NCBI GenBank assembly: GCA_039683575.1
Contig: JBDKRC010000027.1
Location: 1,966 to 65,965, forward strand
Length of the DNA: 64,000 nucleotides
Reading direction: 5' to 3'
Source of the DNA: Armatimonadia bacterium
GTDB lineage: Bacteria > Armatimonadota > Zipacnadia > Zipacnadales > UBA11051
The stretch's first letter is position 1; every line of letters starts with the position of its first letter. Under the pieces are notes generated by a model. That model was not told the DNA's origin. It ran no database searches and saw nothing but the letters and a program-made list of their open reading frames with translations. This document shows positions 29,317-37,479 of the stretch, piece by piece. A program made the position numbers and the translations under genes.

Positions 29317-30522
29317 ATGTACCGTGTCCCCAGGTTATCTGCGCTACTTGCTTTGTGTTTGCTGCTGGCATTGATGCTAAGCGGCAGCGGGCCATCTGCG
29401 ACTGCACCCGTGGTGCAGGGGTCCGCGGCTGTGGCGAGCGAGACGGCGGCTGGCGGGTCCAATGCCGGTGGTCTGCTACCGGTGCTGATCGGCTTTACAA
29501 AGGCACCCGGAGCGGCCGAACAGGGCCTTGTCAGGGGAGCCTCCGGCAAGATCAAGTACACCTACCACATCATCCCCGCAATCGCCGCACGCCTGCCTGC
29601 GCAGGCGGTCGCGGCGCTGGCGCACAATCCCAGGGTGGCCTACATCGAAGAGGATCCCATCGCCATGGCGAGCGCCGACACAGTGCCGTGGGGGATTACG
29701 CGGGTCAAGGCTGACCTGCTCTGGGCAGGCAACACCGCCTCCGGCGTGAAGGTGGCGGTCATCGACACGGGCCTTGACTACCGCCACCCCGACCTGGCGC
29801 CGAACTACAAGGGCGGGTATGACTATGTCAACCGGGATACTGACCCGATGGATGACAACGGGCACGGTACCCATTGCTCAGGGACGGTGGCTGCGGCGGT
29901 AGAGGGGACGAATGTTGTGGGCGCTGGCCCCGGCATCGCCCTGTATGGGGTAAAGGTGCTCAACTGGGCCGGTTCGGGCAGCTACAGTGACATCATTGCC
30001 GCGCTCCAGTGGTGCGTGACGAATGGCATGCAGGTGGCGTCAATGAGCTTCGGCGGCAGCAAGGGCTCGACTTCCCTGCAGAACGCCTGTGCCGCCGCGT
30101 ATAGCGCCAACGTGGTGCTGGTTGCCGCGGCGGGTAACTCGGGCAAGGCTAACGGCAGGGGCAACACGGTTCAGTACCCGGCCAAGTATTCGAGTGTGAT
30201 CGCCGTCGCCGCCATCGACAGCAACAACTTCCGCGCGTCATGGTCTTCATCTGGCGCTGAGGTTGAGATCGCCGCGCCTGGGGTGAGCATCGTGTCGGAC
30301 AGGCTTGGTGGCGGACTTATCACCTACAGCGGCACGTCAATGGCGTGCCCGCATGTAGCGGGTTGCGCTGCACTGACCATTGCTTCGGGAGTTACAAAGG
30401 CAGCCACCGTGCGCAACCGACTGGACGCTACGGCACTGGACCTGGGCGCGGTGGGGCGAGACGCACTGTATGGGTATGGATTGGTGGACGCGCAGCGCGC
30501 GGTGCTGCAGGCTTCGCCGTAG
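29317..30522 (+). CDS. Secreted subtilisin (S8) serine protease with I9 propeptide
   Basis: Catalytic triad VAVIDTG / HGTHCSG / GTSMACPHVAG; signal peptide; YGYGLVDA end. Confidence 0.95.
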   Translation: MYRVPRLSALLALCLLLALMLSGSGPSATAPVVQGSAAVASETAAGGSNAGGLLPVLIGFTKAPGAAEQGLVRGASGKIKYTYHIIPAIAARLPAQAVAALAHNPRVAYIEEDPIAMASADTVPWGITRVKADLLWAGNTASGVKVAVIDTGLDYRHPDLAPNYKGGYDYVNRDTDPMDDNGHGTHCSGTVAAAVEGTNVVGAGPGIALYGVKVLNWAGSGSYSDIIAALQWCVTNGMQVASMSFGGSKGSTSLQNACAAAYSANVVLVAAAGNSGKANGRGNTVQYPAKYSSVIAVAAIDSNNFRASWSSSGAEVEIAAPGVSIVSDRLGGGLITYSGTSMACPHVAGCAALTIASGVTKAATVRNRLDATALDLGAVGRDALYGYGLVDAQRAVLQASP

Positions 30523-30555
30523 TGGGCTGAGGTTGGGGGAAAGCACTGAGCCATA

Positions 30556-30590
30556 GCGTGCCTGTGCCGGCGTGGAGCCGGCGCAGGCAC
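30556..30590. terminator. Hairpin downstream of the subtilisin gene
   Basis: GTGCCTGTGCCGGC / GCCGGCGCAGGCAC inverted repeat. Confidence 0.45.
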
Positions 30591-30625
30591 TGTGGGCTAT
30601 AGCGGGTAAGCTAGCAAGGGGTGGC

Positions 30626-30856
30626 ATGGAGATGCGACTGTCCGACATAGAGGTGGTTAGCGCGGGGAACCATTGCGAGCTGCGCGCGCAGGTTACCTGC
30701 GATCCGACCGTTGCGGCCCACCCAAATGTCTCAGAGTGGTTCGCCGGCGGGAAGCCGTGTGAGCTATGGTATCGCTTCCCAAAGGAAATGCAGCAAAAGG
30801 CTATACGCGAGCGTTTGGCGACCGCTGAGCGCAGCCATGCGTTATCAGGCACCTAG
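30626..30856 (+). CDS. Small hypothetical ORF (76 aa), possibly a truncated gene remnant
   Basis: ATG behind AAGGGG; protein-like N-terminus (MRLSDIEVV...ELWYRFP) that degrades into a nondescript tail next to the repeat array. Confidence 0.4.
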   Translation: MEMRLSDIEVVSAGNHCELRAQVTCDPTVAAHPNVSEWFAGGKPCELWYRFPKEMQQKAIRERLATAERSHALSGT

Positions 30857-30922
30857 CCGTGATGCCGCCGCCAGAATGGTTGCAGATCGTCGTCGGCGGT
30901 AGCCCAAGCAGCTTGCAGTATC

Positions 30923-31004
30923 CCTCAGATATGCAACCCACCCCAAAGCCTCGGCAGCCGCTGCTCCACCGGCAGTAGCGTCACGCAGTGATCGTGCGGC
31001 TCGG
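30923..31004 (-). pseudogene. Copy C: 82-bp duplicate of the extreme 3' end of the DUF2961 gene
   Basis: Aligns with 32368-32449 with about 8 mismatches; encodes EPHDHCVTLLPVEQRLPRLWGGLHI* versus EPHCHCVELLPVEKRLPRLWGGLHI*. Confidence 0.85.
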
Positions 31005-31352
31005 CTATTGCTGCTCTCTCGGCTGGGCACTCTTCCGCCGTGCTTCGCGGCGTAGCCTCAACTCCAACAACTCGATGCCGAGGGACATCCCCAGAGGCAC
31101 GCCCCAGATTCCGCCGCTGACGGCGCCAAGCAGAAGAGCCTGATGGAATTCACGCGGAGAGAGACTACCGGGACTCGGCCCTTCGTAGACGATTGCCGGG
31201 AATAGGAACCCGACCATCACAAAGCCCACAAGCGCCCCTTTGAGCAGCGAGAGCACGTAACGTCGGCGCGGGTGCTTGAGCATGACAGATGCGACGCTCC
31301 ATGCTGCCAGGAGAGCGCTTGGAGCCAATACATTGATGTCGCCGCGTGTCAT
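31005..31352 (-). CDS. Cargo 2: small membrane hypothetical protein (115 aa, about 3 TM)
   Basis: ATG 18 nt after the stop of copy B, behind a purine-rich RBS (GAGGGGAAGAGAAAG); its stop abuts copy C. Confidence 0.7.
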   Translation of the reverse strand: MTRGDINVLAPSALLAAWSVASVMLKHPRRRYVLSLLKGALVGFVMVGFLFPAIVYEGPSPGSLSPREFHQALLLGAVSGGIWGVPLGMSLGIELLELRLRREARRKSAQPREQQ

Positions 31353-31368
31353 GGCGTCTTTCTCTTCC

Positions 31369-31662
31369 CCTCAGATATGCAACCCGCCCCACAGTCTCGG
31401 CAGCCGCTTCTCCACCGGCAGTAGCTCCACACAGTGGCAGTGCGGCTCCGTCTGGTACCAGTACGCCGTGCTGCTGTAGTCGTGGAACATGTTGTTGGCA
31501 TGGCCGTGCTCGATGGAAAAGAGCAGGCTCTCCTGGAACGGGATCGGGTCCTGAATGTGGTAGCGGTACTGGCTACGCTTGCCCGTGTAGTCGGCGTTGG
31601 TTTTGAAATGGTAGCCGTAGTACGGGGTGCAGAAGGTCTCCTTGAGGCGGTTGTAGTTCCAC
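31369..31662 (-). pseudogene. Copy B: 294-bp duplicate of the 3' end of the DUF2961 gene
   Basis: Ungapped alignment to 32368-32661 with about 15 mismatches, 12 of them synonymous (only S>F and H>R change the protein). Confidence 0.92.
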
Positions 31663-31764
31663 AACCGTCGCGAAATAAGTAGACTCACCCGAATATAGAG
31701 GTGGACAAGCCCCACCTGCTGCGTCGCCATCGATCAGAACTCCGTGCATGTGAGGTAGACTGCT

Positions 31765-32349
31765 CTATGGCGTCTCACCCAGCGCCACAATCACCTTCGC
31801 ATTCAGATCGTGCAAGTGGATGATGAACTTGAGGTACGTGCCAAGGATTATTACTAGTTGATTCCAGTGAATTTCGGAGAGGCTGCCCAGGGATATCCAT
31901 TCGTCGTATTGCTGCTTGTACCTTACATTGGCATGTGCTAGCCCGCCCCACATGAACGTGTCCAGAATCTGACCATGAGTGAGACAGGTATTCTCTGTGC
32001 GAAACGGTGACGGCGAAGCTAGATAGTCACTCAGGCATCGTTGCGTCTCAAAGAATGCCTGTCGAAGCTCCTGACGAATCAGTGCCTGGCTGTATGCTTC
32101 GGTCACCTTGTGCAAAGAACAGAGATCCGACTTATTCACGAACAACCTGAAAGTGAGTACAAACGCCTCGATAGATTCTTGGGGCGGGCCTCGCCTCTCG
32201 ACGACGGCCGGTTCGCCTACCTTGGCGTGAGTCGACCAGCCGGTGCTCTCGAACAGCACCGTCCGACTGAAACTCGTTTGCGCCAGCTTCTCAGCCTTTT
32301 CGTTGAAAAGCCTTAGGGACTGGAGTATTTGTTCTCTAGTCACTTCCAC
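31765..32349 (-). CDS. Cargo 1: lower-GC helical hypothetical protein (194 aa)
   Basis: GTG at 32349 behind a GGGGG RBS, 20 nt after the DUF2961 stop; many A/T-ending codons unlike the flanking genes. Confidence 0.75.
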   Translation of the reverse strand: MEVTREQILQSLRLFNEKAEKLAQTSFSRTVLFESTGWSTHAKVGEPAVVERRGPPQESIEAFVLTFRLFVNKSDLCSLHKVTEAYSQALIRQELRQAFFETQRCLSDYLASPSPFRTENTCLTHGQILDTFMWGGLAHANVRYKQQYDEWISLGSLSEIHWNQLVIILGTYLKFIIHLHDLNAKVIVALGETP

Positions 32350-32369
32350 GTTCCCCCTTCGGTGTCGCC

Positions 32370-33392
32370 TCAGATATGCAACCCGCCCCAAAGCCTCGGC
32401 AGCCGCTTCTCCACCGGCAATAGCTCCACGCAGTGGCAGTGCGGCTCGGTCTGGTACCAGTACGCCGTGCTGCTGTAGTCGTGGGACATGTTGTTGGCAT
32501 GGCCGTGCTCGATGGAAAAGAGCAGGCTCTCCTGGAACGGGATCGGGTCCTGGATGTGGTAGCGGTACTGGCTGTGCTTGCCTGTGTAGTCCGCGTTGGT
32601 CTTGAAGTGGTAGCCGTAATACGGGGTGCAGAAGGTCTCTTTGAGGCGGTTGTAGTTCCACGCGCCGCAGAAGTAGTCTTCGGTGCCCGTGCCGTGCAGC
32701 GACGGGGGCCACTTTTCGCCATCAATGAAGAACATGTCGTCGCCCTCACCCCACCAGCCGGGAGTCTCGGCGTCGATGTCGAGGTGGCAGCCGACGTAGT
32801 GGCCGCGGCCCTTGGCCTCGAGAATCACGTAGTTCCCCGCCCCGCCGATGTTCCTCTCCTCGGCCAGTTGCTCAGCCTCGCACCATTCGCGGCGCCACTG
32901 GGCGTGGAAGCGGCCTACGTTGTCGGGGGCGGAGGTGTACTGCTCGTAGTCAATGTAGAAGTAGTAGACGGTGTCGCTGGTGTCGCACTCGCTGGTGACT
33001 TCCACGCGGGCGCCGTTAGCGAAGGGCATGGGGAAGTAGCAGTTGAAAGCGCGGTCCCACATGGAAAGGGCGGCGGAGGAGAAGTAGGTGGTGGCGGCGT
33101 GGCCGAGGCCGAAGAAGTCCCCGACGGGGCACTCGACCGACGGGTTCTCCTCACCGTCCCAGTAGATGCGCAGTACGAGCTTGCGCAGGTAGTCACGCTC
33201 GCCGCAGGAGATTGTGGTCCAGAGATGGGTCAGGCACCCCGGGCCGGAGAGGTCGGCAAGGACACGGGTTTGGCCGGGCTCGACGACCCAATAGTCCTTG
33301 TTGCCGCCGGTCTGATCCCAGCTTGAGGAGCGCAGGGCGCGGTAGTCGCGGAGAGTGGCGAGGTCGCGGAGGGAGCTGCCGGGCATGATCAT
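32370..33392 (-). CDS. DUF2961 / GH172-family glycoside hydrolase
   Basis: RSSSWDQTGGNKD, GPGCLTHLW, CPVGDFFG, WWGEGDDMFFIDGE...HGTGTEDYF and IEHGHAN motifs. Confidence 0.9.
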   Translation of the reverse strand: MIMPGSSLRDLATLRDYRALRSSSWDQTGGNKDYWVVEPGQTRVLADLSGPGCLTHLWTTISCGERDYLRKLVLRIYWDGEENPSVECPVGDFFGLGHAATTYFSSAALSMWDRAFNCYFPMPFANGARVEVTSECDTSDTVYYFYIDYEQYTSAPDNVGRFHAQWRREWCEAEQLAEERNIGGAGNYVILEAKGRGHYVGCHLDIDAETPGWWGEGDDMFFIDGEKWPPSLHGTGTEDYFCGAWNYNRLKETFCTPYYGYHFKTNADYTGKHSQYRYHIQDPIPFQESLLFSIEHGHANNMSHDYSSTAYWYQTEPHCHCVELLPVEKRLPRLWGGLHI

Positions 33393-33423
33393 GGGGTGAG
33401 GCCTCCAGGTAGGAGAAGTGAGC

Positions 33424-33497
33424 GTAGGAGCGCTCTGGGGAGCGCTCCTACCGGTTGGTAAGCGGACGGAAGCGGGCGGACCACGGTCCGCCCTTAC
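33424..33497. repeat. REP-like cluster
   Basis: Perfect inverted repeat GTAGGAGCGCTC/GAGCGCTCCTAC (33424-33451; half copy at 27111-27125) plus GCGGGCGGACCACGGTCCGCCCTTAC (33472-33497). Confidence 0.75.
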
Positions 33498-33521
33498 GCG
33501 TTTGAGGTTGCGCGGCTGAAG

Positions 33522-34178
33522 CTACTCTTGCTCGATGCTCAGCAGCGAGTCGGCGGTGGCGCTGTCTATCGCCGCGGGCTTGAGCCACTTGGCGTGACCG
33601 TCGCAGAAGGCGTAGTTGCAGCCGTCGTTGTGGCGCTTGAAGCTGGCCCCGGTCGGGACCCAGCCGCGCGGGTTGGTCGATTCGCAGATGTCGTCCTCGT
33701 TGCCATCACTTTCCATGAGGAAGATGATGCTGGAGGAGTCCTCGAGGGACGCGAGCCACTGGCCGGTTGGCGGGGTCGGGGCGCCTGCGTCCTGGTGGGC
33801 GTCGTTGATGGCATAGCTGGCCTCGAGGCCGTCATCATCGTAGCGCCCGTCGAACTTGGTGCCGGTGGGACGATGGCTGGGGCAGAAGAAGATCTGGGCG
33901 TTCTTGCAGTACGGCATGAGGACGCCGCGCCAACTGCCGTCGCCGGGATCGTTGCCAGTGCCCACGTAGGCGTAGTCCTCGGCTGGCAACGCCTCGTCGC
34001 AGTCCTGCGCGTAGCTGAGGGCGGCCGTCATGAGCTGCTTGATGTTCGAGAGGCAGCTTGACTGGCGGGCCTTTTCACGGGCCTTGGCGAAGACGGGAAA
34101 GAGGATGGAGGCCAGAATCGCGATAATCGCGATTACCACCAGAAGCTCGATCAGCGTGAACCCGCGCCTGCTGCGCAT
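33522..34178 (-). CDS. Prepilin-type N-terminal cleavage/methylation protein with H-X9-DG motif (DUF1559-like)
   Basis: [42 protein letters not shown]; [16 protein letters not shown]; ATG at 34178 behind AAGGAGG. Confidence 0.92.
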   Translation of the reverse strand: MRSRRGFTLIELLVVIAIIAILASILFPVFAKAREKARQSSCLSNIKQLMTAALSYAQDCDEALPAEDYAYVGTGNDPGDGSWRGVLMPYCKNAQIFFCPSHRPTGTKFDGRYDDDGLEASYAINDAHQDAGAPTPPTGQWLASLEDSSSIIFLMESDGNEDDICESTNPRGWVPTGASFKRHNDGCNYAFCDGHAKWLKPAAIDSATADSLLSIEQE

Positions 34179-34248
34179 GATTGACGCCTCCTTTGGTTGC
34201 CCCAAACAGGGCGATTCGGGATATGTGCGACCCGCGGAAGCGGGGTTG

Positions 34249-34686
34249 CTACTCCAATTCGAAGCAATACGGCTCATGCTGCTCGTCAAGGGCGAGCAAC
34301 TCCATGCACCTGGTCTTGAACTGGATGATCCCCATGTCGGGGTCGTCAGGACCGCTGTAGTACTTGTCCATCATTGGAATGCCCTTCCACAGCAGGCTGC
34401 GGAGTTCGGCCGTGTCTACGACCGTGGCGGTGCCGGAAAGAGTCGCGACTTGCCAGTCGTCTTGTTTAGAGAAGAGCATCTGGGCGTGATTGTTCGCACT
34501 AATCTGGTGCATTTTTCGCGAATCTTTGCCACAGACCAGGTAGAAAGTCCAGGGGGCCTTGGGGTCTTCATAGAGTGCGCCCATCCACCGCATCCGAGGC
34601 TTGCCTTCGGAGTCCACGGTGGCCAGGACGTGTACGTTACTGACGGCTTGCATGACGCTACGGACGCGGTCAGGAAGGTCTGCCAT
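34249..34686 (-). CDS. Pyridoxamine 5'-phosphate oxidase-like FMN-binding protein (general stress protein 26 type)
   Basis: [15 protein letters not shown]...SRKMHQI...FSGPDDP-like motifs. Confidence 0.8.
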   Translation of the reverse strand: MADLPDRVRSVMQAVSNVHVLATVDSEGKPRMRWMGALYEDPKAPWTFYLVCGKDSRKMHQISANNHAQMLFSKQDDWQVATLSGTATVVDTAELRSLLWKGIPMMDKYYSGPDDPDMGIIQFKTRCMELLALDEQHEPYCFELE

Positions 34687-34827
34687 CTCTCCACCTCGAG
34701 TTCGTGATACCAGTCATCTTCGCCACTTGCACAGGAAGTCCTTCTCAGGGCATGGAATCGCGTGAACCGTCGTGCGGCCGTCCCCGTCGCTAAAGATGAA
34801 GATGGCGCACAAGAGGAGGAGAGAGCG

Positions 34828-35160
34828 ATGAGGCTTAGCGAGGAGCGCATCATGGCGCCGGTGGAAGGCAGTGAGCCGCTGAAGGTGTTTGAGGCCCAGA
34901 AGCTGGGCATGGAGGTGCCGGAGTGGACGCTGCACCGCGACCGGCTGGAGCGAATGTGGCGTTTTCCGACCTTCGAGGCGGCGCTGAGCTTCGTCATCGA
35001 TGTGGCGCAGCTGGCGGCGAGGGCCAATCATCACCCGGATATGCACATCTCGTACAAGACAGTGCGACTGGAGTTGTCTACGCACAAGATCGGCGGACTG
35101 TCCCGCAACGACTTCATCATGGCGGCGCAGATCAACGAGATGGCGATGCAGCCGGCGTGA
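34828..35160 (+). CDS. phhB: Pterin-4a-carbinolamine dehydratase
   Basis: AARANHHPDMHISY...LSTHKIGGLSRNDFIMAAQI; ATG at 34828 behind GAGGAGG. Confidence 0.9.
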   Translation: MRLSEERIMAPVEGSEPLKVFEAQKLGMEVPEWTLHRDRLERMWRFPTFEAALSFVIDVAQLAARANHHPDMHISYKTVRLELSTHKIGGLSRNDFIMAAQINEMAMQPA

Positions 35161-35176
35161 CGAGGGGAGGCAGCTG

Positions 35177-35941
35177 ATGGCGGAGCGGGAGTTACGGGGG
35201 CAGGTGGCGCTGGTGACCGGCGCAGCGCGGCGCATCGGCAGGCATATCGCGCTGGCACTGGCCGCCGAGGGGATGGATATCGTCATCCACTATAACCGGT
35301 CAGAGGCGCAGGCGCGCGAACTACAGGAGACCATTCAGGAGTGGGGCTCAACGGCATGGACGCTGCAGGCGAACTTCCGGGATGAGGGGCGCGCCCACAG
35401 GGTGATCGAACGGGCGGCGGACATGGCAGGACGGCTGGACCTGCTGGTTAACAATGCGGCGAGCTTCGACGCCGAGCAAGTGCCGGAGTTGACGTTCGAG
35501 ACCATGGTCGACGCCCTGGCGGTGGATGCGTGGGCGCCATTTGCGTTAAGCCGGGATTTCTGCGAACGAATCGGGCACGGGATGGTTATCAACCTGATCG
35601 ACTCACGTGTTACCGACTACGATTTCAGCCACACGGGCTACATCCTGGCCAAACACGTACTGCTGAAGATGACAGAGATGCTGGCGCTGCAGTATGCGCC
35701 GCAGGTGCAGGTTAACGGCATTCTGCCGGGACTGATCCTGCCCCCGCCGCATGAGGACGCGGCCTATCTCGACGCGCTGACGGATACGGTGCCCTTGAAG
35801 CGGCATGGCGATCCGGACGATGTGGCGGCAGCAGCGGTGTTTCTGGCCAAGAGCACGTTCATGACCGGAGCGATGATTCATGTGGACGGTGGGAGACGGC
35901 TCAAGGAATACGGGCACGGCAGCAGTTATCCACATCAATGA
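35177..35941 (+). CDS. Pteridine reductase-like SDR (PTR1/FolM type)
   Basis: TGAARRIG, IHYNRS, LVNNAA, YILAK (YxxxK) and VNGILPG motifs; ATG at 35177 behind GGGGAGG. Confidence 0.85.
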   Translation: MAERELRGQVALVTGAARRIGRHIALALAAEGMDIVIHYNRSEAQARELQETIQEWGSTAWTLQANFRDEGRAHRVIERAADMAGRLDLLVNNAASFDAEQVPELTFETMVDALAVDAWAPFALSRDFCERIGHGMVINLIDSRVTDYDFSHTGYILAKHVLLKMTEMLALQYAPQVQVNGILPGLILPPPHEDAAYLDALTDTVPLKRHGDPDDVAAAAVFLAKSTFMTGAMIHVDGGRRLKEYGHGSSYPHQ

Positions 35942-36281
35942 TCTGCTGGCCAGATGCGTGCTGGGGGTGTCGGCGGAGGAGCGGCGCGAGAAGCAGGACG
36001 TGGTGATTAACATGTCCGTGACCGCCGACGTGCTCGCCGCGGCTGCTGCGGATGACTTCGCCCAGACTCTGGACTACAGCGCGCTGAAGAAGCGGGTGTT
36101 TGAGTTTGTGGAGGCGTCGGAGTTCGTGCTGCTGGAGACGCTGACCGAGCGGGTAGCGACGCTTTGCCTGGAGTTTCCGCAGGCGTCCGGAGTGACGGTG
36201 CGCATAGAGAAGCCCTCGGCCCTGCGCTTTGCGCGAAGTGTGGCGGTCGAGATCACGAAGGAGCGGGAAGCAGCCTGGTAG
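35880..36281 (+). CDS. folB: Dihydroneopterin aldolase / FolB-FolX family
   Basis: GVSAEER...QDVVIN, LDY, LLETL and KPSALRF motifs. Start uncertain: ATG 35880 or ACG 35916. Confidence 0.85.
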   Translation: MWTVGDGSRNTGTAAVIHINDLLARCVLGVSAEERREKQDVVINMSVTADVLAAAAADDFAQTLDYSALKKRVFEFVEASEFVLLETLTERVATLCLEFPQASGVTVRIEKPSALRFARSVAVEITKEREAAW

Positions 36282-36772
36282 CCACGCGCGCATACATCAG
36301 CTTTGGGTCTAATATCGCGCCGGAGGAGAATGTCCGGCGCGCACTGTTGCTGCTAACAAGGGAAATGCGGGTGGTTGGGCTGGCGACGGTGTACCGCACG
36401 AAGCCGGTGGGACGGCCGGAGCAAGGTGATTATCTCAATGGTATCGTGGCGGTGGAGACTGAACTTGGCGAGGGGGAATTGCGGGCAGCGCTGCGGGAGA
36501 TTGAGAGAAGACTGGGTCGGGTGCGGAGTGAGGACCGCTACGCCGCGCGGACGATGGACCTGGATCTGGTCGGATACGGGAAGACAGTGGCACAGGAGGC
36601 GAGCGAGCGGGCGTTTGTGGGGGTACCGCTGGCTGAGCTGGCGCCGGGGCTTTGTGTAAGTGGCGGAGAGGAGACCGTGGAAGAAGCGGCGGGACGGATG
36701 AGCCGTGAGGAGATGGTGGCGCTGCCGGAGTTGACGCGGCGGCTGCGAGAGGAGTTGGGCCTTGAACACTGA
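36275..36772 (+). CDS. folK: 2-amino-4-hydroxy-6-hydroxymethyldihydropteridine diphosphokinase (HPPK)
   Basis: [22 protein letters not shown] and RTMDLDL motifs. Start uncertain: CTG 36275 or TTG 36164. Confidence 0.88.
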   Translation: MVATRAYISFGSNIAPEENVRRALLLLTREMRVVGLATVYRTKPVGRPEQGDYLNGIVAVETELGEGELRAALREIERRLGRVRSEDRYAARTMDLDLVGYGKTVAQEASERAFVGVPLAELAPGLCVSGGEETVEEAAGRMSREEMVALPELTRRLREELGLEH

Positions 36773-37328
36773 GCGGGTTAAGAAGCTGGTGCAGGAGCTG
36801 TTGGCGGAGTTGGGCGAAGACCCTGAGCGGGAGGGACTGCGGGATACCCCACGCCGGGTAGCGGAGTCGCTTCACTTCCTGACCCAGGGCTACCATGAGA
36901 CCGTGGAAGAGACAATAAGCGGTGCGATGTTCACGCAACAGACGCACAACATGGTGCTCCTGCGCAATATCGAGCTATACAGCCTGTGCGAACACCACCT
37001 GCTACCGTTCTTCGGACAGGTGCACATTGGCTATATCGCACGCGACCAGGTTGTGGGGATCAGCAAGTTGGCGCGCCTGGTGGACCTGTACGCGCGGCGG
37101 CTGCAGCTACAGGAGCGGCTCACGGAGCAGATCGCACATGCGATGATGGAAATGGGAGTGGAGGGCGTGGGCGTGGTTGTTGAGGCACAGCACCTGTGCA
37201 TGATGATGCGAGGAGTGCAGAAGCAGAATTCGGTGATGATCACGTCGGCGGTGCTGGGGGCATTTCGCGACAATGCCGTTACGCGCAACGAGTTCCTGAA
37301 CCTGATTGGGCACAGTCTCGGGGCGTAA
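36762..37328 (+). CDS. folE: GTP cyclohydrolase I
   Basis: [42 protein letters not shown] and HLCMMMRGV motifs; TTG start overlapping folK. Confidence 0.97.
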   Translation: MNTERVKKLVQELLAELGEDPEREGLRDTPRRVAESLHFLTQGYHETVEETISGAMFTQQTHNMVLLRNIELYSLCEHHLLPFFGQVHIGYIARDQVVGISKLARLVDLYARRLQLQERLTEQIAHAMMEMGVEGVGVVVEAQHLCMMMRGVQKQNSVMITSAVLGAFRDNAVTRNEFLNLIGHSLGA

Positions 37329-37359
37329 CGGATTGCGCGACTGAGGGACGCACAAAAGG

Positions 37360-37417
37360 GAGCGTAAGCGCTCTCTCCCGCTGGTCCCGTAGTGGGAGAG
37401 AAGCCTACGCTCCCGAA
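37360..37417. terminator. Long imperfect hairpin between the convergent folE and moaA-like genes
   Basis: GGGAGCGTAAGCGCTCTCTCCC ... GGGAGAGAAGCCTACGCTCCC. Confidence 0.55.
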
Positions 37418-37479
37418 ACGTTTGTGAGGATCACCACCGGTCCGGCCTCTGGAGAGTCCTCCCACCTACTTGAGGTAGG

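Noticed and set aside
31371-31730. 119-aa ORF as an independent gene
   Set aside because: It is a chimera of 22 codons of spacer plus the duplicated DUF2961 tail; treated as a gene fragment.
31369-32661. Diversity-generating retroelement (TR/VR pair at a gene 3' end)
   Set aside because: Mismatches are not confined to adenines in either copy on the coding strand, they are mostly synonymous, and no reverse transcriptase is in the window.
32350-32712. N-terminal 121 aa of the 315-aa ORF 31765-32712
   Set aside because: This is an alternative frame of the DUF2961 gene; the real start is the GTG at 32349 with an RBS.
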